A stretch of 64,000 nucleotides of DNA, taken from the NCBI GenBank assembly GCA_963829055.1, contig CAWHHI010000016.1, forward strand, positions 832,001-896,000, written 5' to 3'. The translations under genes were made by a program, and so were the position numbers. Under the pieces are notes generated by a model. It did no database searches. It saw only the letters and a list, made by a program, of their open reading frames with translations, and had not been told where the DNA came from. Below, in pieces: positions 21,011-34,834 of the stretch. Position 1 is the first letter of the stretch; each line of letters begins with the position of its first letter. Source of the DNA: an uncultured Gemmatimonadaceae bacterium (GTDB lineage Bacteria; Gemmatimonadota; Gemmatimonadetes; Gemmatimonadales; Gemmatimonadaceae).

Positions 21011-24000
21011 CTACGGTTCCCTGGTGAGGGTGACGCGGACACTGGACCCGTCGAGATCCACTTCATGCGTCGCCTGTTGACCAGCCGCGGGAGCACCAAA
21101 GGTGATCTCCCGGGCGAGTAATTCATTGGCGATCCAATCATTGTACTCGGTAATCGCCGCTCGCACATCATCGGGAGCGTCGATCCGCACTCGGATTCGG
21201 TCGCTCACCGAAAAACCTAAGTCCCTCCGCAACCGTTGTAGCTGACTCACGAACTCCCGGGCGATTCCCTCACGTTTCAGCTCGGGCGTGACCGCTGGAT
21301 CGATCGCCGCGAACCGACCGTCCTCCTCCTTCACCGTCAGGGCCCCTGTGGCCCGCCGGACGATTGTGAGATCGTCGGCATCGAGCAGGCGCGACTCGTT
21401 GCCGACGGAGACGGCAAGTGGCTGCCCGTGCTCGAACGCCCGCAACTCATCGCTCGTGAACGCGGCAACCGCCTGCGCCGCGAGCGGCGTACTCTTGCCG
21501 AACTTCTTACCCAGCGAACGGAAGTTCGGCTTCGCTTCGAGCGTCACGAGGGAGTCCGCGGACGAAGCCAGTGTCACGCGCTTGACGTTGAGCTCCGCCT
21601 CGAGCAGATCGAACAGCGATGTGACGTCACCGGCGACCTGCTGAGGCACAACGCATACCATCTGCGAGAGTGGCTGGCGCACCTTGATCGCGGCTTCCTC
21701 ACGCGCCGCCCGTCCCAGGCGGGCGAGCGTGCGGATCTCACGCATGGCGCGCTCGAGGGCGACGTCAGGCGCGGGTGCGTCCGAGCGGCGGTAGGGCGCC
21801 AGGTGGACGGACGTGCCGGTCAGCTCGCGGTGCAGCCAGTCGCTCAGGAACGGGGCAAGTGGAGCGAGGAGCCGGGACGAAACGACCAGGACCTCGTGCA
21901 GCGTCGCGAATGCCGCGCGATTGTCGTCGCTGGCGACCTCGTAGAAGCGGCTTCGCGTGCGGCGCACGTACCAGTTGGACACGTCATCGACAACGAAGCT
22001 CATGAGGGTCTTCGCCGCGGCGGTGGCGTCGAATGTCTCCAGCAATGCGTCGACTTCGCGCTCCACAGTGGTGAGGCGCGACAACATCCACCGGTCGATC
22101 GCCGGCCGGTCTTTGGGAGCGGGATCGAGCGAGGACGGCTCCCAGCCAAAGTTCGCGTAGAGCGCGAACATCCCGCTGTAGATGTTCTTGAGCGTGACGA
22201 GGAACTGCGTGACGCCTTCGCGGATCTGCGCCTCGTCGAACGCGCGCGGCTTCCACACCTGGCTGGACGAGACGAGGAACAGCCGCACCGCGTCGGCCCC
22301 GTACTTGGGGATGACGGACCACGGATCGACGATGTTGCCGAGGCGTTTCGACATTTTCACGCCCTCGGCATCGAGAACGAGGTCGTTGACTACCACGGCG
22401 CGGTAGGGAGCGACATCGGGAATCGGCGGGCGCCCGCAGCGGCGGGCAGATGGGAATCGGGAATCGAGGCTGCATGCGGCGCGCTGCTCGCAGCACCGAT
22501 TCCCGATTCCCGATTCCCTGATTCCCTTGTTATTCGGCAACGCGTCACCCAGCCCCGCCGCGATCGCGAGGAGGGAGTAAAACCATCCCCTCGTTTGGTC
22601 CACCCCCTCGGCGATGAAATCCGCGGGGTACTGCGTCGCGAGCATCTCGCGATTCTCGAACGGATAGTGCCACTGCGCGAACGACATCGCGCCTGAATCG
22701 AACCACGTGTCGATGACCTCGCTCACGCGACGCATCGTGCCGCGGCCGCTCTTCGCCGGCCACGTGTAGCGGTCGATGTACGGCTTGTGCGGGTCGAAGT
22801 CGCTGCCTAACGACGCGCCGACACGCTCCGCGAGCGCGGCGTAGGAGCCGATGACCTCGATCTCCGACGGGTCCTCGTCATTCACCCACACCGGCAGCGG
22901 CGTGCCCCAGTAGCGATCGCGCGAGATCGCCCAGTCGATGTTGTTCACCAGCCATTCGCCGAATCGACCCGCACCGACTTCGGGCGGATGCCAGTCGACG
23001 CGCGCGTTGCGCGCCAGCATGTCGTCGCGATACGCCGTCGTGCGGATGAACCACGAGCCGCGCGCGTAGTACAGGAGCGGCGTGCCGCAGCGCCAGCAAT
23101 GCGGATACGCGTGGACGAGTGTTCCCGCCTTCCAGAGGACGTCGCGCCGCTCGAGTTCCTCGATGATGAGCGGGTCCGCCTTCTTCACGAACTTCCCGCC
23201 GACGACCGGCATGTCCGCCGGGAACTCACCGCGCGCGTTCACGGGCTGCACGAACGCGAGCCCGTTGCGCTGGCCCGCTGCGTAGTCGTCGGCACCGAAC
23301 GCCGGCGCCATGTGGACGACGCCGCTGCCGTCGTCGGCGGACACGAAGTCCTCACCGACGATCACACCGTGATCGCCTTCGACGCCATCGAACGACACCC
23401 AGTCCAGCGGCCGCTGGTAGCGCGCGCCGACGAGCATGGAGCCCGGAAACCGCCCGACGGTCTCCCATCGATCGCGATAATCCTCGCCGAGCACGGCGCC
23501 CGCGCGTGCTTCGGCGAGGATGATGGTCCAGTCGGTCCCGGTCTTCTTTTTCAGCTCGACGTAGTCGAGCTCGGGATGCACCGCGAGCGCGACGTTCGAG
23601 ACGAGGGTCCAGGGTGTGGTCGTCCAGACGAGGATTCGCCGTCGGGAATCGGGAATGGGGAATCGGGAATCGGGACGTGCTCGCAGTTGTCCGATTCCCG
23701 ATTCCCGTGTTCCCGAGTCCCCGAAGATCGAACGCCACATAGACACTCGGATCACTCACATCCTGATAGCCTAACGCCACCTCGTGACTCGACAACGTCG
23801 TTCCGCAACGCGGGCAATACGGCAGGATCTTGTGGCCACGTGCGAGCAACCCGCGCTCGTGCATCGTCGCCAGCGCCCACCACACGCTCTCCACGTAGTC
23901 GTTCGTGTACGTGACGTACGCGTTGTCGTAGTCCAGCCAATAGCCGATCCGCTCGCTCAGCTTCTCCCAGTCGCCCTGGTACTTCCACACGCTCTCGCGG

Positions 24001-24428
24001 CAGAGGCGATTGAACTCCTCGACGCCGAACGCCTCGATGAGCTGCTTCCCGCTGCAGCGCTGGATGTCCTCGTCGCTCATCCCGCGCGCCTTGAGCAGCG
24101 CCGGCAACTGCTTCTCGACCTCGATCTCGACCGGCAGGCCGTGCGTGTCCCAGCCCGCTTTTCGCAGCACGCGATAGCCACGCATCGCGCGATGGCGGCA
24201 GAAGAGATCCTTGATCGTGCGCGCGAAGACGTGGTGGATGCCCGGGCGGCCATTCGCTGTGGGCGGTCCCTCGAAGAACACCCACGACGGTGCGTCCGCC
24301 CGCGCCTCGAGCGTGCGCGCGAACAGCCCCTCCTCGCGCCACCGTCCGAGTAGCTCCTCCTCGAGCGCGTTCGCCCCGCCCTCCGGCGGAATCAGTCGGA
24401 ACCGCGTGCCTGATTCAGCGGCGGTCAC
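21011..24428 (-). CDS. ileS: Isoleucine-tRNA ligase (IleRS2 type); frame break near 23650-23750
   Basis: FEGPPTANG, GWDTHGLP, WTTTPWTL, ISRDRYWGTP, DQTRGWF, KMSKR, PNFRSLGK. Confidence 0.95.
22418..22526. repeat. Inverted GGGAATC arrays inside ileS
   Basis: gggaatcg..gggaatcgggaatcg ... cgattcccgattcccgattccctgattccc within the 914-aa ORF. Confidence 0.85.
23643..23723. repeat. Inverted GGGAATC arrays inside ileS
   Basis: cgggaatcgggaatggggaatcgggaatcggg ... ccgattcccgattcccgtgttcccgagtccccg. Confidence 0.85.
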
Positions 24429-25294
24429 AGACGCTCCACGACGCCGCGCACGAGCGCGGTGAGATTCGGCTCCGCGCGCGACGCGACGGCGATGATCTTT
24501 TCGAGGCTCGCGGGCTCCAGCGCGTCCGGAAGACACTGGTCGGTGATGATCGAGACGCCGAGCACGCGCATGCCGGCGTGAATGGCCACGATCACTTCGG
24601 GCACGGTGGACATGCCGACGACGTCGGCGCCGATCCCGCGGAGGAATCGATACTCCGCTCGCGTCTCCAGATTCGGCCCCGGCACCGCGACGTACACGCC
24701 TTCGTGGAGCGTGAGGCGCAACTCACTCGCCACGGTCTTCGCCAGTGTGCGCAGCTGCCCGCTGTACGGCTCCGACATGTCCGGGAACCGCGGTCCGAGC
24801 CGATCGTCGTTAGGCCCGACCAGCGGATTGTCGCCGAGCAGGTTGATGTGATCGGCGAGGAGCATGAGATCGCCCGGCGCCCACAGCGGATGCATGCCGC
24901 CGCACGCGTTGGAGACCACGAGCGTCGTCGCGCCTAACGCGCGAAGCACGCGCACGGGGAATGTCGCCTGCGACAGCGAGTAGCCCTCGTAGCGATGGAA
25001 CCGGCCCTGCATGGCGACGACGGTCTTCCCCGCGAGCGTTCCGCAGAGCAGGCGCCCCGCGTGCGACTCCACCGTCGACAGCGGGAACCCCGGAATATCG
25101 GTGTACTCGACGGTCGCCTCGACGTCGATGGCCTTGGCCAACCCGCCGAGTCCGGTCCCGAGGATGATCGCGACGTCCGGACGGCGCGAGAAGCGAGCGC
25201 GCACGACGTCAGCGGCGCGCTCCACCCGCTCCACCGTGTGAGGCGCGTCGTCCATCGTCAGGCCGTTGTTCGCCACTGCGTCCACGGCGGCCAC
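24425..25294 (-). CDS. Purine-nucleoside phosphorylase (trimeric type)
   Basis: IILGTGLG, QGRFHRYEG, GPNLETRAE, VGMSTVPE. Confidence 0.93.
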   Translation of the reverse strand: MAAVDAVANNGLTMDDAPHTVERVERAADVVRARFSRRPDVAIILGTGLGGLAKAIDVEATVEYTDIPGFPLSTVESHAGRLLCGTLAGKTVVAMQGRFHRYEGYSLSQATFPVRVLRALGATTLVVSNACGGMHPLWAPGDLMLLADHINLLGDNPLVGPNDDRLGPRFPDMSEPYSGQLRTLAKTVASELRLTLHEGVYVAVPGPNLETRAEYRFLRGIGADVVGMSTVPEVIVAIHAGMRVLGVSIITDQCLPDALEPASLEKIIAVASRAEPNLTALVRGVVERL

Positions 25295-25301
25295 CGACCC
25301 G

Positions 25302-25895
25302 CTACTCCTTCACCAGCGAATCGAGCCAGGCCGGTGTGGGATGGGCTGTCCGCGTAGGCTCCTCGCGCTTCCCCTCGTCGCGTCTCGGCGACGAGGACCC
25401 GCCCCCGGATCCCATGGGAGCCACCGGCAGCGGCGTTGCTTCAGCGGTCTCGATCTCCGCGAGCTGACGTTCCACCATCGTGCGCAGCTGCGACAGGTAC
25501 GTCCGGCGCGCGCGAACGAGACCCTGGATCTCGTCCTCGAGCCGGCGTGCCTCGGCGCGGATGCCCTCGACGTCCTGCTCGACCTGGGCGCGCGCTTCGC
25601 GCATCAGCAGCTGGGCTTCGCGGTCCGCCTGCTCGCGGATCTCGGCGCGGAGCTGTTGCGCGGACACGAGCGCGTCGTTGAGCGCCTTGTCGCGCTCACG
25701 GAACGCGCGGAGCTGCTCGACGAGACCCTTCGTCTTCTGATCGAGCTCCTGATTTGCCCGCGCGAGCCGCTCGACCTCGGCCGCCACCTGATCGCGAAAC
25801 TGGTCGACGCGCGTCTTGTCGTATCCGCGCAGGGCGGAGCCGAAATCGTACCGGCGAATGTCGACCGGTGTGAGGTGAAACGCTTCGTCGCTCAT
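25302..25895 (-). CDS. divIVA: DivIVA domain protein
   Basis: LTPVDIRRYDFGSALRGYDKTRVDQF plus long coiled coil. Confidence 0.85.
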   Translation of the reverse strand: MSDEAFHLTPVDIRRYDFGSALRGYDKTRVDQFRDQVAAEVERLARANQELDQKTKGLVEQLRAFRERDKALNDALVSAQQLRAEIREQADREAQLLMREARAQVEQDVEGIRAEARRLEDEIQGLVRARRTYLSQLRTMVERQLAEIETAEATPLPVAPMGSGGGSSSPRRDEGKREEPTRTAHPTPAWLDSLVKE

Positions 25896-26575
25896 GCGTG
25901 CCGCGCCCCGAACAGGACAGTTCCGAGTCTCACCATCGTCGCTCCTTCTTCCACCGCGATCTCGTAGTCGTTCGACATTCCCATCGACAGCTCCGTCGCT
26001 GGATGTCCGAGCGCAGCGAGCCGCTCGCGAACTGCTCGGGCGCCGCTGAACGTCGAGCGCAGAGTGCGCTCGTCAGCGTCCAGTGGCGCCATCGTCATTA
26101 CGCCTTCGACACGCAAACCACGCAACTGGAGCCAGCGTTCGCCTTCCGCGCCGGTCTCGCCTGGTGCAAGGCCACCCTTCGCCTCCTCGCCTGCCACGTT
26201 GACCTGCATGAGCACGCGGATGGGCGCACCTCGATCATCGCCGACGCGTGCAACCGCGTCGGCAAGCCGAGCGCTGTCTACGGAATGGACGAGCGCGAAG
26301 CGGTCGACTGCCTTCGCTTTGTTGCGTTGTAGATGACCGATGAGATGCCAACGGACCGGGACGGCAACTTCACCCATCTTCGACAGCGCTTCCTGCACTT
26401 TGTTCTCGCCGACGTCCGCAATACCCAGCTCCGCCGCCGCTTGCACCGCGTCGGGCCCGTAGGTCTTGGTCACGGCGATAATCGCGACCTGCTGCTCATG
26501 CCCGCCCCGAACGACCGCGGCCGCTATTCGCTCGCGCACCTCGGCGACCCGATCGGCGAGGTCTGGAAATGGCAT
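25892..26575 (-). CDS. yggS: PLP homeostasis protein YggS
   Basis: AVTKT, GENKVQE, WHLIGHLQRNK, LSMGMSND, VRLGT. Confidence 0.93.
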   Translation of the reverse strand: MPFPDLADRVAEVRERIAAAVVRGGHEQQVAIIAVTKTYGPDAVQAAAELGIADVGENKVQEALSKMGEVAVPVRWHLIGHLQRNKAKAVDRFALVHSVDSARLADAVARVGDDRGAPIRVLMQVNVAGEEAKGGLAPGETGAEGERWLQLRGLRVEGVMTMAPLDADERTLRSTFSGARAVRERLAALGHPATELSMGMSNDYEIAVEEGATMVRLGTVLFGARHA

Positions 26576-26596
26576 AACATTACATTTTATCAGAAG

Positions 26597-28584
26597 TTAC
26601 AACGCGAGGCAAGTAATCGAACCGTGTCGCTGACTGCCCCCTGAGCGACGCGCCGCGCGACCGTCGGACACGTCAACAGGCTGGTGAGGTACCCTCCGGC
26701 CGGATCGTCTATCCGGACTGGGTCGATCGGCCCACTGAACCAGCGCCCGATCAACGCAGCGGTGGAATCTACCGCAGGGACATCGATCGTTGTGGAACGC
26801 AGCGGTCGTGCGCCGAGGCGCTCCAGCGTAGACCAGCCCACGAAACAACCAGTCGGCGCCGAGGGCGCGGCGGAGCTCTGGTTCGAGGCCGACCGATGCC
26901 GCAATCGGTCGGCCGGAACGCTCCACCCGCGCGGCAATGGCGGCGAGCTCGCGCCGCGTACCGCGCCAGCCCGTGGTGTCGGCCGGCTCATACAGGCCCA
27001 GCCGTCGCGCCAGCTCGGCGCGGTACCAGACCGCCGGCAGCAGCGGGACCGTCACGATCGACACATCCGGCCTCACGTGTTCAGCGACCTGCGTGTACCA
27101 CAGGGGGTAGGTGTCGTTGTCGCCGGCGACGAACAGCACCGCCTTTGGCGGCGTCGACTCGAGCGTGGCGCGCGCGAACGCGTTAGGCAGCGAGGCCGCG
27201 GGCTCCCGACGGCGGTCGACCGCATGCCAGTTGAGCGCGATGGGTAACGCGGCGACGACCAGCCCCATCGCCGCGAGACGCGGCCGATCGAATCGCTGCG
27301 CGACGATTCGCCCAAGCAGGATTGCTCCCTGCCCTACCCAGAGGCCAAACACGGCGAAGCCGAGAGCAAAGAAGTAATCCCGTTCACGAGCTTCGCGATC
27401 AGCATCGGGCGGAAGCACGCCGTATCCGAACGACGGCCCCGCGCGCAGGTTGAGGTACACGATCACGCCGAGTGTCGCCGCGCCGAAGAGCACGAGCATT
27501 GCGGCCCAGGATCGCCGGTCGCGCCGCCTGTGCCACGCGCTGCCGGCGAGCCCGAGCGCGAGGAATGCCAACGTGAACGGAGTGCGAAGCCACGATGCTC
27601 CGACAGCGCGATCGAGGCCGAGCGCGAATTGCCAGTCGGTGTACTCGACCAGGTTCCCGACCTGGAGCCAGAATGGTGCGCGTCGCGGCCACAGGCCGGG
27701 CACGTCGTATTGTCTGCGCGCCATGACCTCGATCACGCCACCAGGCGTCATCGGGGCACCCTGGTTGATCGCCGGGTCGAGCCGCGCGCGAAGCAGAAGG
27801 AAGAGGAATGCGGACGCAGCGACCGTCACAATCCCGAGCACGGCCGCCGTTTCGCCGAATGCGCTGTGGTCGCCCGTGCCGAATGAAAGCGAGACGCACC
27901 ACGAGTATGGCCAGCGCCAGCAACGCCAAGGCCGATCGACCCTGTGCCCGCGCCAACGGCGAGAACCGCGGCGCCTGACAACAGCGTGGCCCGAGACCCG
28001 TCGAGTTCGAGGTCGTCGCCAAGGGTGGCGAGCGCGATGGCGCCAGGCGCGGCGACCATGGCACTCAGGTGGAGCGGCGGCGCGAGCGCAAAGAGATACG
28101 CCAGCAGCAGATCCCACCGGCGAGCCTCGGTCGGCTCCCTCCTCCGCGTGTTCGCCTTGAACCCGACCCAGAGCATGACCATCGAGAGTAGCAGCGACGC
28201 CGAATAGACCTCGGTCTCCGTCGCGTTCAACCAGACCGTGGACATTCCGCCGAATGCGAGCCCGGCGCCGACCGCGGCCAGCGTGGTGCGCGTCCAGCGA
28301 GCGACGAGGCTCGCGGCGATCGCGGCCGCAATGGCCGTGGACACGACGGCCAACAGGTTCGTCGCGAGGACGGTGCTCAGAAACGGCAGAAGCAACCGCC
28401 ACGCGCGCGCCACCAGCACGAACAGCGGGGTGCCTGGCGGGTGCGGGATACCTAACGATTCGACGGCCGACGCGAACTCACCGGCGTCCCACAGCGTGAC
28501 GCCTGGGGCCATTGTCGCGAGGTAGACGAGACCGAGCGTGGTGCCGACGAGGAGCGCTGCCCGTCGCGGCGACGCCAGCCTCAC
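26597..28584 (-). CDS. DUF2723 (TMEM260-like, GT-C) membrane protein; split by indels
   Basis: WDAGEF..LGIPHPPGTP, ETEVYS, RERDYFF, GDNDTYPLWY. Confidence 0.8.
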
Positions 28585-29383
28585 GCGGAAATCTGGGTGA
28601 CCGGGTGCTCGGCCGTCGCACGTCCCATCCGCCCGGATACGATCTCACGGATCTGGGCCGATGTGAGGTTACGCGTTAGGCGCCCCGCGAGCGCGATCGA
28701 GATCGTCGACGTCTCCTCCGACACGACGACGACCAGCGCGTCGGTCTCCTCACTGAGCCCGATCGCCGCGCGGTGCCGTGTGCCGAGTGACCGGTCAGCC
28801 AGCGGCGCCTGTGAGAGCGGCAGGATGCACCCCGCTCCGATGATCGTGTCGCCGCGCAGAATCACCGCGCCATCGTGCAGCGGCGAGTACGGCGTGAAGA
28901 TGGTCGCCAGGAGATCGGCGGAGACCTTGGCCTGCATCTCCGCCCCTGACTGGATGAAATCTCCGAGGGCCATCTCCCGCTCGAGGACGATGATCGCGCC
29001 GATGCCCGACCGCGCGAGACGCTCGACGGCGTCACTCACTTCCTCCGCGACCTCCACTTCCTCCATCCGGCGGAAGAATCGCGTGACGCGCGACTGTCCG
29101 AGGTGCGCGAGCCCGGCGCGAAGCTCGGGCTGAAAGATGATGAGCGCCGCGAACGCACCGTACGTGAACACGAGCTCGAGGAGGTACGTGATCATCGTGA
29201 GCTTCATGAGCCACGCGACGGCGTACACGAGCACGAGCACGACGATGCCGGTGAGCATCTGGACCGCGCGCGTCCCCTGGATCAGGAGCAGCATGCGATA
29301 CAACACGACCGCTACGACCAGCACCTCGATGAGGTCGCGGGGCCGGCATGGAGGAGACGGAGTTGTTCGAGGACCTGCGTCAT
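28581..29383 (-). CDS. cdaA: Membrane diadenylate cyclase CdaA; indel near 29340
   Basis: Three TM helices, IIFQPELR, PLHDGA, GTRHRAA, VSEE; ATG overlaps the folP stop. Confidence 0.9.
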
Positions 29384-30372
29384 CGGGAATCGGGAATCGG
29401 GAATCGGGAATCGGGAGCCGCCGAATCCCCGGTGTCGCTCGCATACGCCATCCGCCCCGCCTCAAGGATTCCCCAAGCGACATCGAGCGCTTGTCGATTT
29501 GCCGCGACGTCATGAACGCGGAACAAGCGCGCCCCGGTCATGAGAGCGGCCACGTGCGCGCCGACAGTGCCGTACACACGCTCCGCGGCTGATTGCACAC
29601 CCGACAACTCTCCGACGAAACGTTTCCGTGATGCGCCCACAAGGACCGGGAAACCTAACGCTACAATGCGGCCAAGTTGAGCAAGCGTCACCAACGAATG
29701 TTCGCTCCGCTTCGCGAACCCGATTCCAGGGTCGAGGACGATGGCTTGTCGGTTTACCCCAGCGGCCGTCGCAGTGTCGACCGCCACGTGCAATTCGCGG
29801 ACGATCTCGCCGACGACGTCACCGCCATAGCTCGCGTACGCGTACGTGCCCATCTCGGCCACGCCACCACGTGAATGCATCAATACGGTTCCCACCGCGC
29901 TCTTCGCAACAACTCCCGCCATCTGTGCATCGAGACGAAAACCAGAGACATCGTTGATGATATCCGCACCGATAGCAATCGTGGCGTCAGCGACCGCGCT
30001 CTTCGTCGTGTCGATTGACAACAGCGCTTCGGGGAACGCGCGTCGCAGCGCTTCCACAACGGGTGCCACGCGGTGGAGCTCCTCGTCCAGTGAAACGACG
30101 TGCGCCTGCTGTGGCCTCGTCGACTCACCGCCAATGTCGATGATGTCGACCCCCTCCCCGATCATTGCCCCGACGCGATCGACCGCGCGAGGCAATTCCG
30201 CGAAGCTCCCTCCGTCGCTGAACGAGTCTGGCGTGACGTTGAGAATGCCCATGAGCAAGGGTCGATCGATCGCCACCTCACGGTTGCGAACGCGCCAGAC
30301 GGTTGGTGTGGGAGGTGAGCCTTGGGGCAGCGACGAGGCTACATGCAATGGATTGATGTCACGCGGAATCAT
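29380..30372 (-). CDS. folP: Dihydropteroate synthase
   Basis: MGILNVTPDSFSDGG, GGESTRP, DPGIGFAK, SRKRF, FRVHDV. Confidence 0.95.
   Translation of the reverse strand: MIPRDINPLHVASSLPQGSPPTPTVWRVRNREVAIDRPLLMGILNVTPDSFSDGGSFAELPRAVDRVGAMIGEGVDIIDIGGESTRPQQAHVVSLDEELHRVAPVVEALRRAFPEALLSIDTTKSAVADATIAIGADIINDVSGFRLDAQMAGVVAKSAVGTVLMHSRGGVAEMGTYAYASYGGDVVGEIVRELHVAVDTATAAGVNRQAIVLDPGIGFAKRSEHSLVTLAQLGRIVALGFPVLVGASRKRFVGELSGVQSAAERVYGTVGAHVAALMTGARLFRVHDVAANRQALDVAWGILEAGRMAYASDTGDSAAPDSRFPIPDSR
29385..29416. repeat. (GGGAATC)4 array in the folP 3' end
   Basis: Encodes the terminal PDSRFPIPDSR of FolP. Confidence 0.85.
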
Positions 30373-30452
30373 TCGGTGCTGCGGTTGGCCAGCCGTCTCG
30401 TCAACGTAGCGATAGATCGCCGAGCAAATCCAATCTCCGCCAACCCGACACC

Positions 30453-30812
30453 ATGACCGTCTCCGATCACCGCCAACTCATTGTCTGGCAGAAAGGCGTA
30501 GCCCTCGCCCTCGAGACCTACCGAATTTCGCGATCCTTCCCGCGCGACGAAATGTATGGCCTCACGAGCCAAATTCGACGCGCGTCGGTCTCGATTCCGT
30601 CGAACATCGCGGAGGGAAACGGTCGAAGGCATCGCGCGGAGTACGCTCACCACGTATCGATCGCGCGGGGATCGCTGAGGGAGGTCGAGACTCTCGCGGA
30701 GATCGCGCACGGGTTGGAGTACATACGCAAAGAGGAGCTCGCGATGTTCCGCGAACTCCTCGATCACGTGGGCCGAATGCTGACCCGGCTGCTGAAGGGA
30801 CTGGAGGCTTAG
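30453..30812 (+). CDS. Four-helix-bundle protein (23S rRNA-IVP / Avd-like family)
   Basis: LIVWQK, FPRDEMYGLTSQIRRASVSIPSNIAEG, IARGSLREVET. Confidence 0.9.
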   Translation: MTVSDHRQLIVWQKGVALALETYRISRSFPRDEMYGLTSQIRRASVSIPSNIAEGNGRRHRAEYAHHVSIARGSLREVETLAEIAHGLEYIRKEELAMFRELLDHVGRMLTRLLKGLEA

Positions 30813-30817
30813 TGCCT

Positions 30818-30849
30818 CGATTCCCGATTCCCGATTCCCGATTCCCTAT

Positions 30850-30850
<1 letters not shown>
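30818..30850. repeat. (GATTCCC)4 array between the four-helix-bundle gene and the ftsH stop
   Basis: cgattcccgattcccgattcccgattccctatt. Confidence 0.9.
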
Positions 30851-32820
<1,970 letters not shown>

Positions 32821-32841
32821 AGGCCTCTGCTCGTCCTACTG

Positions 32842-33418
32842 CTACTGCAAGCTGGCGATGTACGGCAAATGACGGAAGTTCTCGGCGTGATCGAGTCCGT
32901 AGCCAACCAGAAACTCGTTCGGCGCGTCGAAGCCCACGAACTTCGTGGGATAGCGCAAGTACTCGGCAATGTGCTTGTGAAGGAGCGCGCACACCTCGAG
33001 GGAGCGCGGACTACGCTCGGAGAGAAGATCCATCAACCGGCTCAACGTGCGACCGGAGTCGACGATGTCCTCTACGAGGAGAATGTGTTTTCCTTCCAGC
33101 GTGGTCTCGGGATCGTACACCAATCGTACGCTCCCGCTCGATACCATGGCGTCACCGTAACTCGCGGCGACGAGGAAATCTACTTGCAGGGGACGACGAA
33201 TCTCGCGCACGAGATCGCTGAGGAAGATGAAACTGCCCTTCAGCAAACCGAGCACGAGCAGGTCGCCCTCCGGGTATGCGTCTCCAATCTCGCGACCCAG
33301 CTCGACGCACGCGCGCCGCGATCTCGTCGGACCCGAACGCGATCCGCTTGACCGGGCGCCCGTCGAGGCGCGGATCTTCAGTTGCTGGCGTGCCGACTGA
33401 CGAAACGTTCACAGGCAT
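32842..33418 (-). CDS. hpt: Hypoxanthine phosphoribosyltransferase; indel near 33305
   Basis: LLKGSFIF, LLVEDIVDSGRTL, FLVGYGLD. Confidence 0.92.
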
Positions 33419-34834
33419 ATCGGACTACCGGTCGGCCGGACCGTTCGGGCGCCGCAGCCCTGCGGCGAACACCAGGAATCCATACGATCTCGTTGTCCGC
33501 GAGGACGACCGGCCAGCCAGCGCGGCTGGGGCCCGGAATGCGCGCGTCACCGAAGAACCGCTTCACACGACGTGCCGACCCATCCTCTCGCCCTCGCATC
33601 CGGTCGGCCGGACGCCATTCGCGAATGGAGAGTCGTCGATCACCGGGCAGATCACACGTCCAAAGATCGTCCCGGTCCAGACCTGACGACTCGTCAGGCA
33701 ATGCGCCCGCCGCCGATTCGCCAACGTCCCGGCTGTTAGACACCGCGACGGGGCGGAAGCGCCACCCGCCAAACTCGACGACGCCAGCAAGCGAGCATTC
33801 AGTCGAAACCGGCGGGGAGCTCGCCGCGCGGCGGATGAGGAAGGCATCGCGATGGCGAACAACCTCGACGCCCCCCGACAGCTGGATGCGAGCTCCGGAC
33901 GCGCCCGAACTGGTAAACTGTGCCAGACGTAGAGTTCCGCGACGATCGAGGGTGACCAGGGCGCGCGCCGCGATCGCCGGCCAGAGCACGCAGAGCGCTG
34001 CTGAATCGTACGTTGCAAGCTCGCCTCTGGCAACGCGAAACGCACCGTCGTCGGCGCGTCCGGCGACGAACCTGGACACGATCTCGTCCACCTCCGCGCG
34101 CCACTCCGCTGCCCGATCGGCGACGCGAGCAGCTCGGCGTCAAACTGAGGACGGAGCTGACGAATCGCGGGCAACAGGTCGTGGCGCATCCGATTGCGGA
34201 GATGCTCGCGCGACTCGTTCGACGGGTCGTCGACGAAGCGGAATCCCACGGTCGTGTGCGTAGCGACGGATCGCGGCCCGCGAGAGCTGGAGGAACGGTC
34301 GCGCGACCCCTGGGGTGTCGGCTGCGAGACCCGCGATCCCCCGGGCGCCGGCGGCGCGCAGCACGCGCATCACGACTGTTTCGATCTGGTCGTCGCGGGT
34401 GTGGGCGGTCGCGACCAGTGAGCCACGTGGGCTCGCCTCGCGGAAGAACTGCCACCGCGCGCGGCGCCACTCCGCTTCAGTCGCACCCGCTAAGCTTCCG
34501 CGACCGATGCGCACGTCGAGTCCGAGTCGCCTGCCCTCATCCGCGACCAGCGTTGCGGCCTGCGGACGCGTGTGCTCCGGTGCCGTGGTCGAGCGTGACG
34601 ACGCGTGCCTGGCCGAGTCGATCAGGGCCACCGGCCCGACCGAGCGCGTGGGCGACGGCATGCATCAGCACCATCGAGTCCGCACCGCCTGAAACGGCCA
34701 GCACGATCGGCACGCCCGCCGAACGGGTCGCGTCGTACGAACGCTCGCGCGGCCTCGTCGATCGGGGTCAGATCGACACGGCTGCCTCGAGCTTGGCGAC
34801 GTACGGCAGGCGAAGGACGCGAGGGAGCGGGCAT
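33378..34834 (-). CDS. tilS: tRNA(Ile)-lysidine synthetase; split by indels
   Basis: AVSGGADSMV (manual reading near 34700), TAHTRDDQIET, DPSNES..RNRMRH, C-terminal WRPADR..VKRFF; tilS-hpt-ftsH order. Confidence 0.85.

Noticed and set aside
30453..30812. Diversity-generating retroelement or rRNA intervening sequence
   Set aside because: No reverse transcriptase, no TR/VR repeat pair and no rRNA gene in the window.
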